NCBI GenBank assembly: GCA_013115145.1
Contig: JAAPAO010000011.1
Coordinates: 1 to 64,000 of the forward strand
Direction: 5' to 3'
DNA from: Perkinsus chesapeaki ATCC PRA-425
Taxonomy: Eukaryota; Protista; Perkinsozoa
DNA length: 64,000 nt
Shown here: positions 24,640 to 35,651 of the stretch, piece by piece
Layout: every line of letters begins with the position of its first letter
How positions within the stretch are numbered: position 1 is the first letter of the stretch
The notes under the pieces: model-generated
Seen by the model: only the letters and a program-made list of their open reading frames with translations
The model's database searches: none
Told to the model about the DNA's origin: nothing
Made by a program: the position numbers and the translations under genes

Positions 24640-25080
24640 CGAGCTGGAGGAATTCCCGACTCTAATGGTCGTAGCAACCGACCGGTAACTTACCGGCGGT
24701 AAGCAGCCTCTATCGGAGCAAAATCAGGAAGGAATTTCACCCCATATATCACACGATCTCCCCTAGCTTCGGCCTGCTCTTGAAGGAGCGTCTTCTGCGA
24801 CGAGAAATCCCCGAATGTTGAATCAGCATTGCTCATAGAAGCTGGACTAGTTCATCTTGTTTCTTCTCGGCCGCAGCAACAGTAAGACACCGTACTGGTC
24901 CCTTCTTTCTATTTTTCAGCTCCTCCGGACATGGGTGGGAGAGCTTGCAAGGTCTGAGCGAGTTGAAGTGGCTGTGGGGGCCACGGGTAGATCCTTGGTA
25001 TCGAGTCGGGATCATGCTGGGGTAACCAGAGGGAGATTGCCCGTGATTGTTTTTATTCAAGATGATTTCCCAGTGCTATG
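24640..25080 (-). mobile_element. Degenerate IS630/Tc1-like DDE transposase relic
   Basis: Minus-strand translation of 24690-24830 gives DFSSQKTLLQEQAEARGDRVIYGVKFLPDFAPIEAAY. This resembles the DF..QK..L.E....RG..IF.PKFH.ELNPIE motif around the third catalytic residue of IS630/Tc1-type transposases. Stops and frameshifts are present. Confidence 0.6.
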
Positions 25081-25886
25081 GGGGTTTTGATATCAGTCAA
25101 CGCCTAAGCCATCAACTCAAGATGCTCGGCTGATTGGGTTGGATGACAGAGAGAGACAGTGCATTTCTCTGCTCTGTCGCACGCGAACTAGCTCCACTGG
25201 AGTTAGGACACATGCCCTCCGTGCTACTCACACAAAAAATAACTCGTAGCCTACGTAGGCAGCGCGAGTGACCTTCACATTCCCTACGTTACAGGAATAA
25301 CCACGGGGAGGTCTCTGAGCTCTATTCCCGTACTTCTTAATTAGTTCTATACGGCACTGAACTCGCTCCATAACTGGACCTACACCTTCCATGTGATTCA
25401 ACACACGATATAATATACCGAGCATCCAAAACCGTTAGACTAACAGGGGACACGGTTATTTGGCTTTCTAGAAAGCCACAGGCTGCCGGCTAGGGAATAG
25501 GAGGACTGTCTCGCTCGTAGAGGAGCGGGAGGCCCAGGCTGCTCTATGCCTCGCAGATCCTTACTAAGTAGTAGATAATGAGCCATCAGCCTCACATTGG
25601 ATACCAGCTCGAGATGATGTAGAGATGCCTGTAGGCCTACAGATGACTCCGAAGTGCATATACATCATGCACAGTAGACAATGCTCCAGCAAGGGGGGCT
25701 AGTTCATTTGAACTGCAGTACTATAATTGCAATACCGAGTAGGATAAGACTCATATCATATGCTGATTTATCTTAGCCCTAGTTATAGTATGATCAAGGG
25801 GATCTCTAAGGGACGATACAGCTTTAGCTGTTGTACGTACTACAATGCACTATGGTCAATCAGGCTTTAGTCTATTCTTTGCAATG

Positions 25887-26286
25887 TCATTTATCCTTAC
25901 AGTAAACCACGACCAACAATGAACCGATTAATGAAGTCAGCAACATTCGACGATGATTTGCATAGGACCGCTCGTCCGATGTCGGCTGACCAGCCTCGAG
26001 ATCGATCTCGAGGGCTCTCCGTAGAGCGAAGGGTATCGTGCTTGACCTTGATTCTTCCGGAAGGAACACCCGTACCTTAGAATCGTCTGTCGGTCCGTGG
26101 TATATCACAATTACTAGCAGCTATGAACCCTGAAGAGCACGCTTTGAAGGAGCGAGATAGTGAGTGCAAGTTTATTCCACCAATATACTGATATGTAAAC
26201 CTCAGAGAATATAATGAAGGCAGAGGGAATCCAAGACCCTGAACCGACAGCTCAGTTGGTGCGACTCGAGGCATGGGAGGACCCAC
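25887..26286 (-). CDS. Hypothetical spliced protein with a TM-like segment
   Basis: Consecutive open segments MGPPMPRVAPTELSVQGLGFPLPS and ...HRRMLLTSLIGSLLVVVY. The 3' end is unresolved. Confidence 0.3.
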
Positions 26287-26457
26287 TTTTACAGCGAGAT
26301 AAATGCAAGAAAATCATCGGCAACTTGAATGTGAGCTGGCTACTCGACCGTGCGCGTTTCCTCTCAAAGTAGCCAACTGAGACTGACTACTTCCAGTAGC
26401 TCCATTTACTGAGCTTGCTGTTTTTAGGACCGTGGGACACGACCCAAAAAGCCATAC

Positions 26458-27904
26458 ATGAACGAGCTTGCGTCCACTCTTCACGAGCTCCTTAAAATGA
26501 TACTGGCATACAGGTTCAAGATTTTCAGAGATATCCCAGAGAGCCAGCTAAAAACTATGCTCAAGGGATTGCGTCTTCTGAAGCTTTTCCCTGGAGACCA
26601 TGTCTGGCAAGAAGGCCAGGAAGCTAATCATGCATTCCTTGTACTAGCATGCGGCGGAGACGCCCGCATTCGAGTACTGACGAAGCACAGAACGGTAACA
26701 ATCCTGAAACCGGGAAGTTGCGCGGAACCAGTGAAGAGTCTACATGTGAGCTCAGCGACTGTCACAGGAAGCGGACGCAGCGCGAAAGTATGGAGCTTCT
26801 GCTCATACTTTTATTCCGCGAAATCCTTGACACAGTGAACGCAGGTCCTGATCGCTGTTCTCGACATTCGTGAGCATCTCGAGCCCAACAGGAAACTAGA
26901 TATCCCGATTCAATGGCAAGCAATCGTAGCGTCAGTCCGTAACTCCCCGCCATTTCGCGAATTGAGCCTTGCACGAAAAGAGGTAACTCGGCCTGGTAAC
27001 TGCACTGCTGGTGGCTATGTTTTCAATTTTAGGTTGAGATGTTTGTTAGTTGTTGTCGAAGGCTGGCTTCAATGAAGGGCTGCCTTCTTGATCTATTGCC
27101 CGATTCCTTTTTTATTGTTATTGCCGGATCCGTTCGTGGCATCATATTGATTGATGGCCGCGAGGTTCCTGTATGGGAGATGCGTCGTGGTGTTCTGTGG
27201 GTGGACCAGCTTGCTGTATCCAAGGATGCCAAGGCCCATATTAGCCATTTCGTGGCTTACGCTGAGGGAGAAACTCAGGTCGGTCTCTTGAGGGGCCGTT
27301 GCAACCTGCACTCAGCAGTGCTAACTTAAGTGATGTCAGATGAGCGCTTCTCTTAGGTCCTATGGATGCCGCGAGAATGGTTTCTAGCGATCTTGGGACG
27401 ACTGAAGCATCTCAGGCAGTGGTTCATTGCACACGACAAGCTGGTCACCCGAGCTATAGAAGACAATATCCACTTTAGTTTTGAGGCGAGACCACGAATG
27501 AAGATGTACATAACGCTTCCTCTCCTCAGCTCCTGGACAAGCCGGATTTCAATAGAAAATCCGTGGCGTACATGGGCTGGATATCCGACAAAGTCTCGAA
27601 AGCTGCAGATACTCCTTTGGACGTTTACAAGGAGCTATGGAGATCTCCTGGGTACGGAAGCCAGGAATCTGCTCGCCGTTTGCGGAGCTTCGACAAAGTG
27701 ACTATGCGTTTCAGGTTCGACGCCATAAGGTGCCGAATGGATCGGCGACGAGGAAGACAGCCTACCATTCGACCAGCTACCTCTGCTGCCCTTAGCTTGC
27801 AAGGGAGCTCGGGTAAAACGCGTCAAAGCCTGGCCATGCTTGGCTCAGTGTTGAGTACCGGCACGCTCCCCAAACGACCAGTTCGCCCGAAAACCGCCTT
27901 GTGA
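26458..27904 (+). CDS. Cyclic-nucleotide-binding (CAP_ED-like) domain protein with two degenerate domains
   Basis: FKIFRDIPESQLKTMLKGLRLLKLFPGDHVWQEGQEANHAFLVL...VTILKPGS is a first cNMP-type beta-roll, and PDSFFIVIAGSVRG...VWEMRRG is a second. The 3' end is tentative. Confidence 0.6.
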
Positions 27905-28362
27905 AAATATATCTGGCATGTTCAGTGTTATTGTAATATTTGTCGTGCGATGCGCTATTCACCAAATGATGTTCGTATTCCTTTGTTCCCTGTTATTGCG
28001 TTTGAAAAAGCAGTATGCACTTCAGTGCTCTACACAGAGATCTGAATGAAGTCCGAACAAGTTTGCAAACTTCACGGAAAGATCTTTTCATTCCTTGTTC
28101 GCTTGGAGTATCCAAGGTTCGGCTCGGTTGACAGCTTCCTCTCGGCAACAGGTAAGACGAAGATCCACGGAGTCCAGGGTGCTCTGCGCAGAGGTTGGTT
28201 GTCTGACACGCATGTCCATTGATTTCTCGCATTCGCCCAAGGCACGCACATACACGCCTCAATCAGCTAAGGCCTACAGCAAAATGGTGGTGATGATTGA
28301 ATCGATTGATCTTTTAGCACCATGCCTCCCTTTCAGCTTTTTTGCATCCCAACTAATCCTTA

Positions 28363-28728
28363 ATGTCTGACAAGTGCCTCTTCGACAGAATGGGTGGCGC
28401 TGCTGCCGTTGACGCTGCTGTTGAGAAGTTCAATGAGAAGCAGGTTGTCGACCCTAAGGTTGGCCATTTTTTCAAGGGGAAAGATATGTCAACCTTGAAA
28501 GCTCACCAGAAGGACTTCCTGTCCTATGCCTTTGGCAAGCCTGGTCACGAGTATACTGGGCGCTCTATGAAGGAAGTCCACAAAGGTCTGAATATTAAAG
28601 ATGACGAGTTCAACGCCGTTGCCACTAACCTCGAGAACACTCTTAAAGAACTGAACGTTCCCGCTGGCGAGACTTCTGAAGCCATGCAGATTGTGGAGGG
28701 CCAGAGGAAGAATATCGTTGGCCAGTGA
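28363..28728 (+). CDS. Group I truncated (2/2) haemoglobin, copy 1
   Basis: LFDRMGGAAAVDAAVEKF...DPKVGHFF...LKAHQKDFLSYAFG...YTGRSMKEVHKGL...FNAVA: GG motifs, CD1 Phe, proximal His F8. Intronless. Confidence 0.95.
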   Translation: MSDKCLFDRMGGAAAVDAAVEKFNEKQVVDPKVGHFFKGKDMSTLKAHQKDFLSYAFGKPGHEYTGRSMKEVHKGLNIKDDEFNAVATNLENTLKELNVPAGETSEAMQIVEGQRKNIVGQ

Positions 28729-29684
28729 GCTCGCTGTTTTCTAATCCTCCATATCCACGCTATTGTTTCCAGTTTGCCGTACGAGGCACTTCACTATCAT
28801 CTCATTATCATCTCATTATCATCTGACTTCGTCACTACGTGTAGGCCAGTAGGCATTACAGTGCCTTGACGGCATTGCCATGGTCTCTTAAGCATCAAGT
28901 GTCGAGTTTGTGAGTTTTCTCCAACCCAAACCTAAATAGACCTTCACATTCAGCTGGAGTTCCCTTCGTGCATCGGAAGCCCTTGAGCGGATTTGGGTCT
29001 TACATGCTTCCAAGTATAATAACGAATCTATCCTTCACGCATGCTCTATAAGCAAATACCTCAACTGCTGAATACGACGTCGCTCCCGATGTCGGCTCTG
29101 CAAGATCGTCTAATGCTTAGTACTTTCTCACCGTGGTAATGTGAATGAGCAACCGGAATTCCGGCGTTTATCTCGTGTGGCTGTATTAGGAGACCTATCT
29201 GTGTCACCCTATTAAGCATTCCGAAACCAAAGTTGCCCAAATGGTCCCTCTGCTTTCTGAAAGGTAATCATCAACAGCTGTATGATGAAGGGCTTGGACT
29301 GAAGAATGTACTGAGATTCTGTTGCTGTAGAGATTCAGGGCATCGGCTCCCTTTCTATTGGCACGTGGCCACATAGTCTGTTCCCTATTGTCAGGTCTTT
29401 TCCTCTGCCGCTCGTTAACCAGTGTATCCCAACGGTCGCCCTGATATCCATTAAACCAAGTATGAGATCTACAACCGATTCTAGCGAAAAAGTGGATATC
29501 ACTAAATCTGTTCTACGTCCCCAGTGTCATAGTTTTTTCGCGTTCGCCCTGGGCACGCATACACATACACCAATTAGCTAATGCTCAAAGCAAAGTTAGG
29601 GCTCGTCTAATCTATTGTTGTTTGCTACAGTGCCTTCCAGTAAGGTCATTACACACAGTGTTATTGCTGGTTGAATCAGCTTTA

Positions 29685-30050
29685 ATGACTGATAAGTGCC
29701 TCTTTGACAGAATGGGTGGCAAAGCTACCGTTGACGCTGTTGTTGAGCAATCCTATGATAAGCAGGTTGTCGACCCTAAGGTTGGCCATTACTTCGAAGG
29801 CAAAGATATGTCAACCTTGAAAGCTCACCAGAAGGACTTCCTGTCCTATGCCTTTGGCAAGCCTGGTCACGAGTACACTGGGCGCTCTATGAAGGAAGTC
29901 CACAAAGGTCTGAATATTAAAGATGATGACTTCAACGCCTACGCCAATAATATGAACAACACTCTCAAGGAACTGAGTGTTCCCTCTGGAGAGGCGGCTG
30001 AAGCCATGCAGTTTATTGAGGGTCAGAGGAAGAACATCGTTGGCCAATAA
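29685..30050 (+). CDS. Group I truncated (2/2) haemoglobin, copy 2
   Basis: ATG at 29685 (MTDKCLFDRMGG). Same length and motifs as copy 1. Intronless. Confidence 0.95.
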   Translation: MTDKCLFDRMGGKATVDAVVEQSYDKQVVDPKVGHYFEGKDMSTLKAHQKDFLSYAFGKPGHEYTGRSMKEVHKGLNIKDDDFNAYANNMNNTLKELSVPSGEAAEAMQFIEGQRKNIVGQ

Positions 30051-30717
30051 GCCTCTTAGGCATTTTTATTTCGCTATAGTCAGTCTACACCTTTATCCAA
30101 CTCGTCTTTGGGGACGTGAATTTCGCGGCGGCGTATTCGTCATTATGGGGCATTCCGCACCCAAAATATACTTTTCATTAGCATCGTCAGCTGCCTTCGT
30201 AACTTGATGCAGACTATTAGGCATTACAGTGCTCGATTACCATTACTGAAAGCATTCGCCATGGTCTCTTATCGCCAAAGTGTCGAGTTTACGAGTTCAC
30301 AAGCACAAATAAGCCCTTCAGCAACGGATAGGATATCATATCTTGTACTATACGGTCTTGTGGTAAAGCCAGTAGCGAGTGTTGCTACCTATGTAAGCCA
30401 GTGGACAAGTGCCATAGGGCATGCTGGCGGTAAAGTTTAACCCTTCATTTGCAGCCACTGTTCCCCTAATTGTGATATTACTGCTTTCACTATGTGTAAT
30501 AGTTTCGTTCAGTGAAAAACTTATGGTGTGAATAATCTGGCAGCCTGGTTCCGTAATAACGTAGCCGGCTTCCGTTCCCTTACGAAACGTTCCCATACGG
30601 GGGTATCTAAGGTTGACCTGTGCCTTTCATAGAGGGGACCCTTTTAAGCTATCTTATGTATCTTTTTGCTGTCTTTCGTCACGAAGGTTTATTAATATCA
30701 AGCGTTACTTTCCTTCA

Positions 30718-32789
30718 ATGCAATCCTCCAACTACGTTTATTGGGAGAAGCAAGGCGCCGATAACCTGTGTGCTGTCCACTGCGTCAATTCTCTACTGCA
30801 AGGGCCCTACTATAATGGTAATAGGGTCCGTGAGTGGGTGGAAGTATCTGAACCTCAGAAGCGGATCTGAACTCGTTTGCTAGAGACCTGGATAGGGAGG
30901 AGGAGGCGTTGCTCGGCACAAAGATACCTGACGGTCAGAGTCAGAATTATGATGCTTCCGGCAATTATTCAATTGGTGTTATAGAAAAGTGCTTGAAGCG
31001 CTTTGGCGAACTGAAGGTAGGTCTGCGAGTTCGGTGGAGATTAACTGGTTTGGCTAGTGTGTAAATATAATGGGGGCCAAGACCAGGACCGAAGTTTTTT
31101 CGGCACCGCAGTTGGAAAGCGGCTACGTCTGCAACCAGAGCAATCACTGGTTCAGCTTGAGGAGGTACCCATCATAGCACTCTTGCTTGTTTCACAACTC
31201 TGTCAGAGTCGGGTCAGGGTCTCCTGCGTCCCAGACTTGGTGGAATTTAGATTCCCTTAGACTACAAGCCCCTAAGAAGCTCTCAACTCCTACTGAGCTG
31301 TCCTCCCTTATTCAGTCAATTGTCGGACAGGTAAGGCTACCATCAGTTGAGATTAAGCACTAGTCCTCGGTTCAGGGCTACACTGTTTTTGTCATTCGCG
31401 GAGACGTCCCCTTACCTCAGCCTTCTAAGACTGCCAACTCCGGCGGTAGTGAAATGACGTTGGTTAGGGTTTGGGAATTCCGCCCCTTCAGGTATGATGA
31501 CTCTTTCCTCTAATAACGGTATGAAGGGCATGTATCTTACGGAGAGGGAGGCAGCTCAGATGGAGGCAGCAGCTCGATCCAAAACGACTGGGAATTCATT
31601 TGGTACTGAGGGTGTGTAGCCGAGGTTTCATAAGAAAAAGGGGGCAATTATACGGGGTTCTACGGAAAGTATAAGGGCCCGGCTTCCCTAGCTTGTCTTG
31701 TGCCAGGAGGTGCGAAGCTGCTTTGCCGGCATTTTTACTGTTTTTAACGCTGTGTTGGGTGGGTTGGACATGACTGCCGCAGAGATAGCGCGGATAAAAC
31801 CTTCTCGTGAACTATCATAAGTTATATATATTATCCCACAAGAGTTGCTTACTGTGATCATGAGTGATCATTGTACGTCGCTCTGTAACTCATTGAACCT
31901 TCAATGCGAAGCATTGTATAAAAGGGAATGCACCGGATGGGTGCTAAGAAGGTATATCTTAACGCAGCGTTTTCTTCTAGGTGGCGGTGCTAGTGGTGAA
32001 GGTGAGGGCCCCTCAGCATTCACCATGATAGCCCCTAGTGGGGCCAGGAATAACGAGCCTCCTCAGAAGGTGCGCCAAGATGGTCTGTAGAGGGATTACT
32101 ACTCCCCCTTAGACCGACTGGGATGCTCTTGGCTCTGGAAGATCTCTGGGCACATCTACAGACAGCAGCGGCCCATCTCCTCAACCGGAAATCGAGGATC
32201 CAGACCTCGCTGCGGCCCTCGCTGCCAGCCTCAGTGATGTACGTTACTCAACGTAAAGCGTATGATCTTCATGGTGCAGGTAAGCTTGCCAGCGCCTCCT
32301 GATGAGCCGGCGTCTGGTCCGCGAGTGACAACGGTGCAAGTGAGGCTACCCACGGGGAAGAGGTGGACGAGAAGATTCAACTTGGATACCAATACACTCG
32401 GGTAGAATACGGGAGCTAAGCGATCTGACCATACATGAGTACAGGGACTTGTTCCTCTGGATGGAGTGGCAGTCACTGCAAGACAGCAAGACTAGTGGAG
32501 GAACGATGCCACTGTTGACCTCCCTTGGAGGGTACGATGTGCTGAAGCAGGTAGTAGAGGGTCGAGGATTTGGGGGCTTCGGGAGAGATGGAAATTAGGG
32601 CTTCGGGCCATCTCGGCGGAAGTTTCACCGCATTCCGAGAAGCCAGAAGGTGACCATCAGCGGCGAGCCGGCTGAGATAGAGTACAAGTCTCTGGGGGAG
32701 GTAGAATGCCCGGCAACGAGTGGATACCAGGCTGGCGGTTTCAGGCCGGGTTCGAGACGGGGCAGGAAGCGGTTATTTTGCAGTTGTGA
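30718..32789 (+). CDS. ATXN3: Ataxin-3-like Josephin deubiquitinase with UIM and C-terminal UBX domain
   Basis: YVYWEKQGADNLCAVHCVNSLLQG (catalytic Cys), CNQSNHWFSLRR (His), WWNLDSL (Asp), UIM EDPDLAAALAASL, and UBX VTTVQVRLPTGKRWTRRFNL...SLGEAGFETGQEAVILQL*. Confidence 0.88.
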
Positions 32790-32902
32790 AGAATAGATAA
32801 TTATTATTAGTGTTGCTTTCAGTGAAGTCTCGGAAAGTTGTAGGGTTGAGTGGGGGAGGGAATGATTGGAGTCAGGCTACCTCCTGCTTGAATGTTATTT
32901 AC

Positions 32903-35651
32903 ATGTTCAATAGACTCTTCGGCTCATCATCATCAAAGAAGAAAAAGCGACAAGAGACCTCGCCGAGCCCGACGCCGCCGGTGCCACTGAAAAAGCCTAA
33001 GTTAGCTGCTAAGAGCGCGGAGCTTACCCTTGGGGACAAGCCCTCCTCTGCGTTCCTGGAGAAGGTAGAACCAGCTTGGTACTTTTAGCGAAGGCCGCGT
33101 TTCAGAAGAAGAGCAAACAGGCGTGCGCGACATGTGGGTCGACAGAGTTCAGGGAGGCCGCGGATTGGGGGTATCTCATTTGTGCGGTATGCGGCGAAGC
33201 ATCATCGCAGCGTATCGAAGAGCAAGAGTTCGAGGAGGCAGAGCAGCGCGGAGGGATCCGTGCTATGAATATAAGTAGTACTCCGGCGGGGGTTGGTGGG
33301 AACGGCGGCGGTGGTACTAGCGGGGGACTGGATCGTGCAGGTGGAGAGGAGATAGTAGTAAAATCAGTATGAACTATAATATTAGGTCTTATCGTATTCA
33401 CTTCTCTATCTCTGTTATATTGTATTCTAGACCATTATTAGGTAAATTAACAAAGAAGGATCCAAGTGGCAAACGGCTGACGAGAGGACCTGCTGGTGGA
33501 GGAGGCCGGGTCCGGACAGGGGAGCACCGATCTCTGGAGGAGCTTCTCTATTGCTTTCAGCTATGTCTCAAGCGAGTGGCAACGGAGGTAGTATGAGGGA
33601 CATGGGTTCCTGTTGGGAGTGTTTATATAAGGTATGCGACGCCCTCCAGCTCGGCGAGGCGGCACGTAAGCGAGTTCTCGAGAACACTCGAGATGCTTGG
33701 AGGGAATATCTTGAATTGGCCGCAACCGATCGAGACAGAACGACAGGACAGCCCAAGGCCTTCCTGAGCAAAGTCTTCTACGATCGCCACATCAATTCAC
33801 GGACGTACGGCAGCCGGTTCTTCGACCCTGTTGTCGGCACGGCGAGCAAGCGGATGGACATGGCCTTGGCGAAGTTCGAGGAAAAGCAGCCAACTGACGA
33901 GGGAAAGCGGCCGGTAATGGGCTCGAATGCCCGGGGACTGATACGAGCTTTGGAGCAACGGAATTTACAAGCCCCAGCGGGGAGGATAACAACGCGGCGG
34001 GGAAGGAGGATAAAGATGGACGAAGGGGAGATGGCGGACCTTCTGTACGAGCATGATTGGCTGGCGAGGAAGTTCAACATGCCCACTGATGCTCCGCTGC
34101 CCTCTGCCTTCTTGCAGAGGAGCGGCCAACTGAAGGATACGGACTACGAGGGCAGGCGACACGCAGTGAGGATGAAGTTCAAGAAGGAGAGAGCGAAGGC
34201 AGAGAAGGCATGGGCACTCGAGGAGGAGCAGCGGATGGCGATAGAAGAGGAATTGGGGCACTCGGTGGAGTCATCATCGCCACCACCGGAGACAACAAGT
34301 TCAACTATTGATGAGGGCTCACCGACGCCACCGAAAAGCGAGGAGGAATGTTCTGAGCAGGAGTTCCCTCTTGCCATTTTCCGGCCGACCCTTAGTGAGG
34401 TATCGAGCGTTGCAGCGAGCGATCTGGCCGAGATCACACCCTCTTTGGAGCCGCCATCGGAGCCGCCATTGGAGCTCCAGGAAGCCAGCTCGAGCACTCC
34501 GTCTCCGGCAGGCTTCTCAGAGGAAGAGCTGAATGACCCTCTGGCGTTGGACGAGCCTGCAAGTGGCCGTTCTCTGCCTCCCTTAGACTTCCCTTTGTTG
34601 CTGTCTCTCGTCCTTCTTGCACTGCGGCGTGCGAACTACGGTGTGGTGAGCGGACGGATGGTCGAGTGGATCCTCACCGGTGCGGTGGACTATAATCGTT
34701 TGCATGTTTTGTTGCCTGCTGAATTGGACCCGATGACGTTCCGGTCGGAAATAGAGGGCAGCTCCTCTGTACTTCGCCCTCGATACCTGCCCTGCAGCTA
34801 CCAGCTCGACCAGATCCTAATGCGTCTTCGAGATAGATTCAACCTAGTTGTACGACAGGCTGATAACCCGGTTCAATCTTTCCATTCAGGTACCTCCCCT
34901 TCCTGCCGACTGTCTGGTCATAGAGGCTCTCAAGGCTATAGGTTTCCCCGAATGCACCGTCTTGGCTCTCCGCCTCCTTGATTGGCTCGTTGCTCCGCTT
35001 TGCCCTCTGTATGAGGTTGAGCACTTCCCCAGCTATCCGTTCGGTAACCTCTACAGTATGTCGAGTAAAGCCGAGGACGTTCTTCCTCCAGAGGAGACAG
35101 AGCCATTGGATCCTCCTATCCACGGCATCTGTCCCCTGCCGCTAACCTGTGCGGCACTGGTTGTGATATCGGTGAAACTGTCTGTTCCTGGCCTCTATGA
35201 AGAAGCCGATGGTTTGCTTCCTGAAACTCATCAAATGAGTCTTGATTGTGTGCGATGGTGGACCCGTTTCACTCGAGAAGAGCGTTTCGATTTCCTAATG
35301 TACTGCGAAGAGGAGCTTTTCAGCGACTACAGACCTTGCCTCGCTCCAGAGCTCCAGGCGCGGCTTCGGCCAGACCGACCGTATCACCCACTCCAGTGCA
35401 AGCGAGGACGGCGACCCGATTTACAAGTCTCTGAGTCGCCTCCCGCACAGTACCGAACCTACTATCGGTCCCGAGGCGCTTGCCGTATTGAATTCGATAA
35501 CGGCCAAATGCCGTCCGTCTACGCCTGGCTGCTGGATTCGGTGTGCTCTGTCCTCCATACGGATGGTGATGATTTAGACCGCGAGATATCCAGCCTCGAG
35601 GATTGGCTTTTCAAACGAGAGGCTCCTGCTCGGCAGGATGCTAGCAAGTGA
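32903..35651 (+). CDS. Rrn7/TAF1B-like RNA polymerase I initiation factor
   Basis: N-terminal zinc ribbon CATCGSTEF....GYLICAVCG, LLYCFQLCLKRVA, and DFPLLLSLVLLALRRANYGVVSGRMVEWILTGAVDY, which resembles the Rrn7 cyclin-fold segment. A long acidic/Pro-rich insertion is present. Confidence 0.7.

Noticed and set aside
28795-28823. ATCATCTCATT repeated about 2.5 times downstream of globin copy 1
   Set aside because: Simple slippage repeat with no spacers, so not CRISPR-like.
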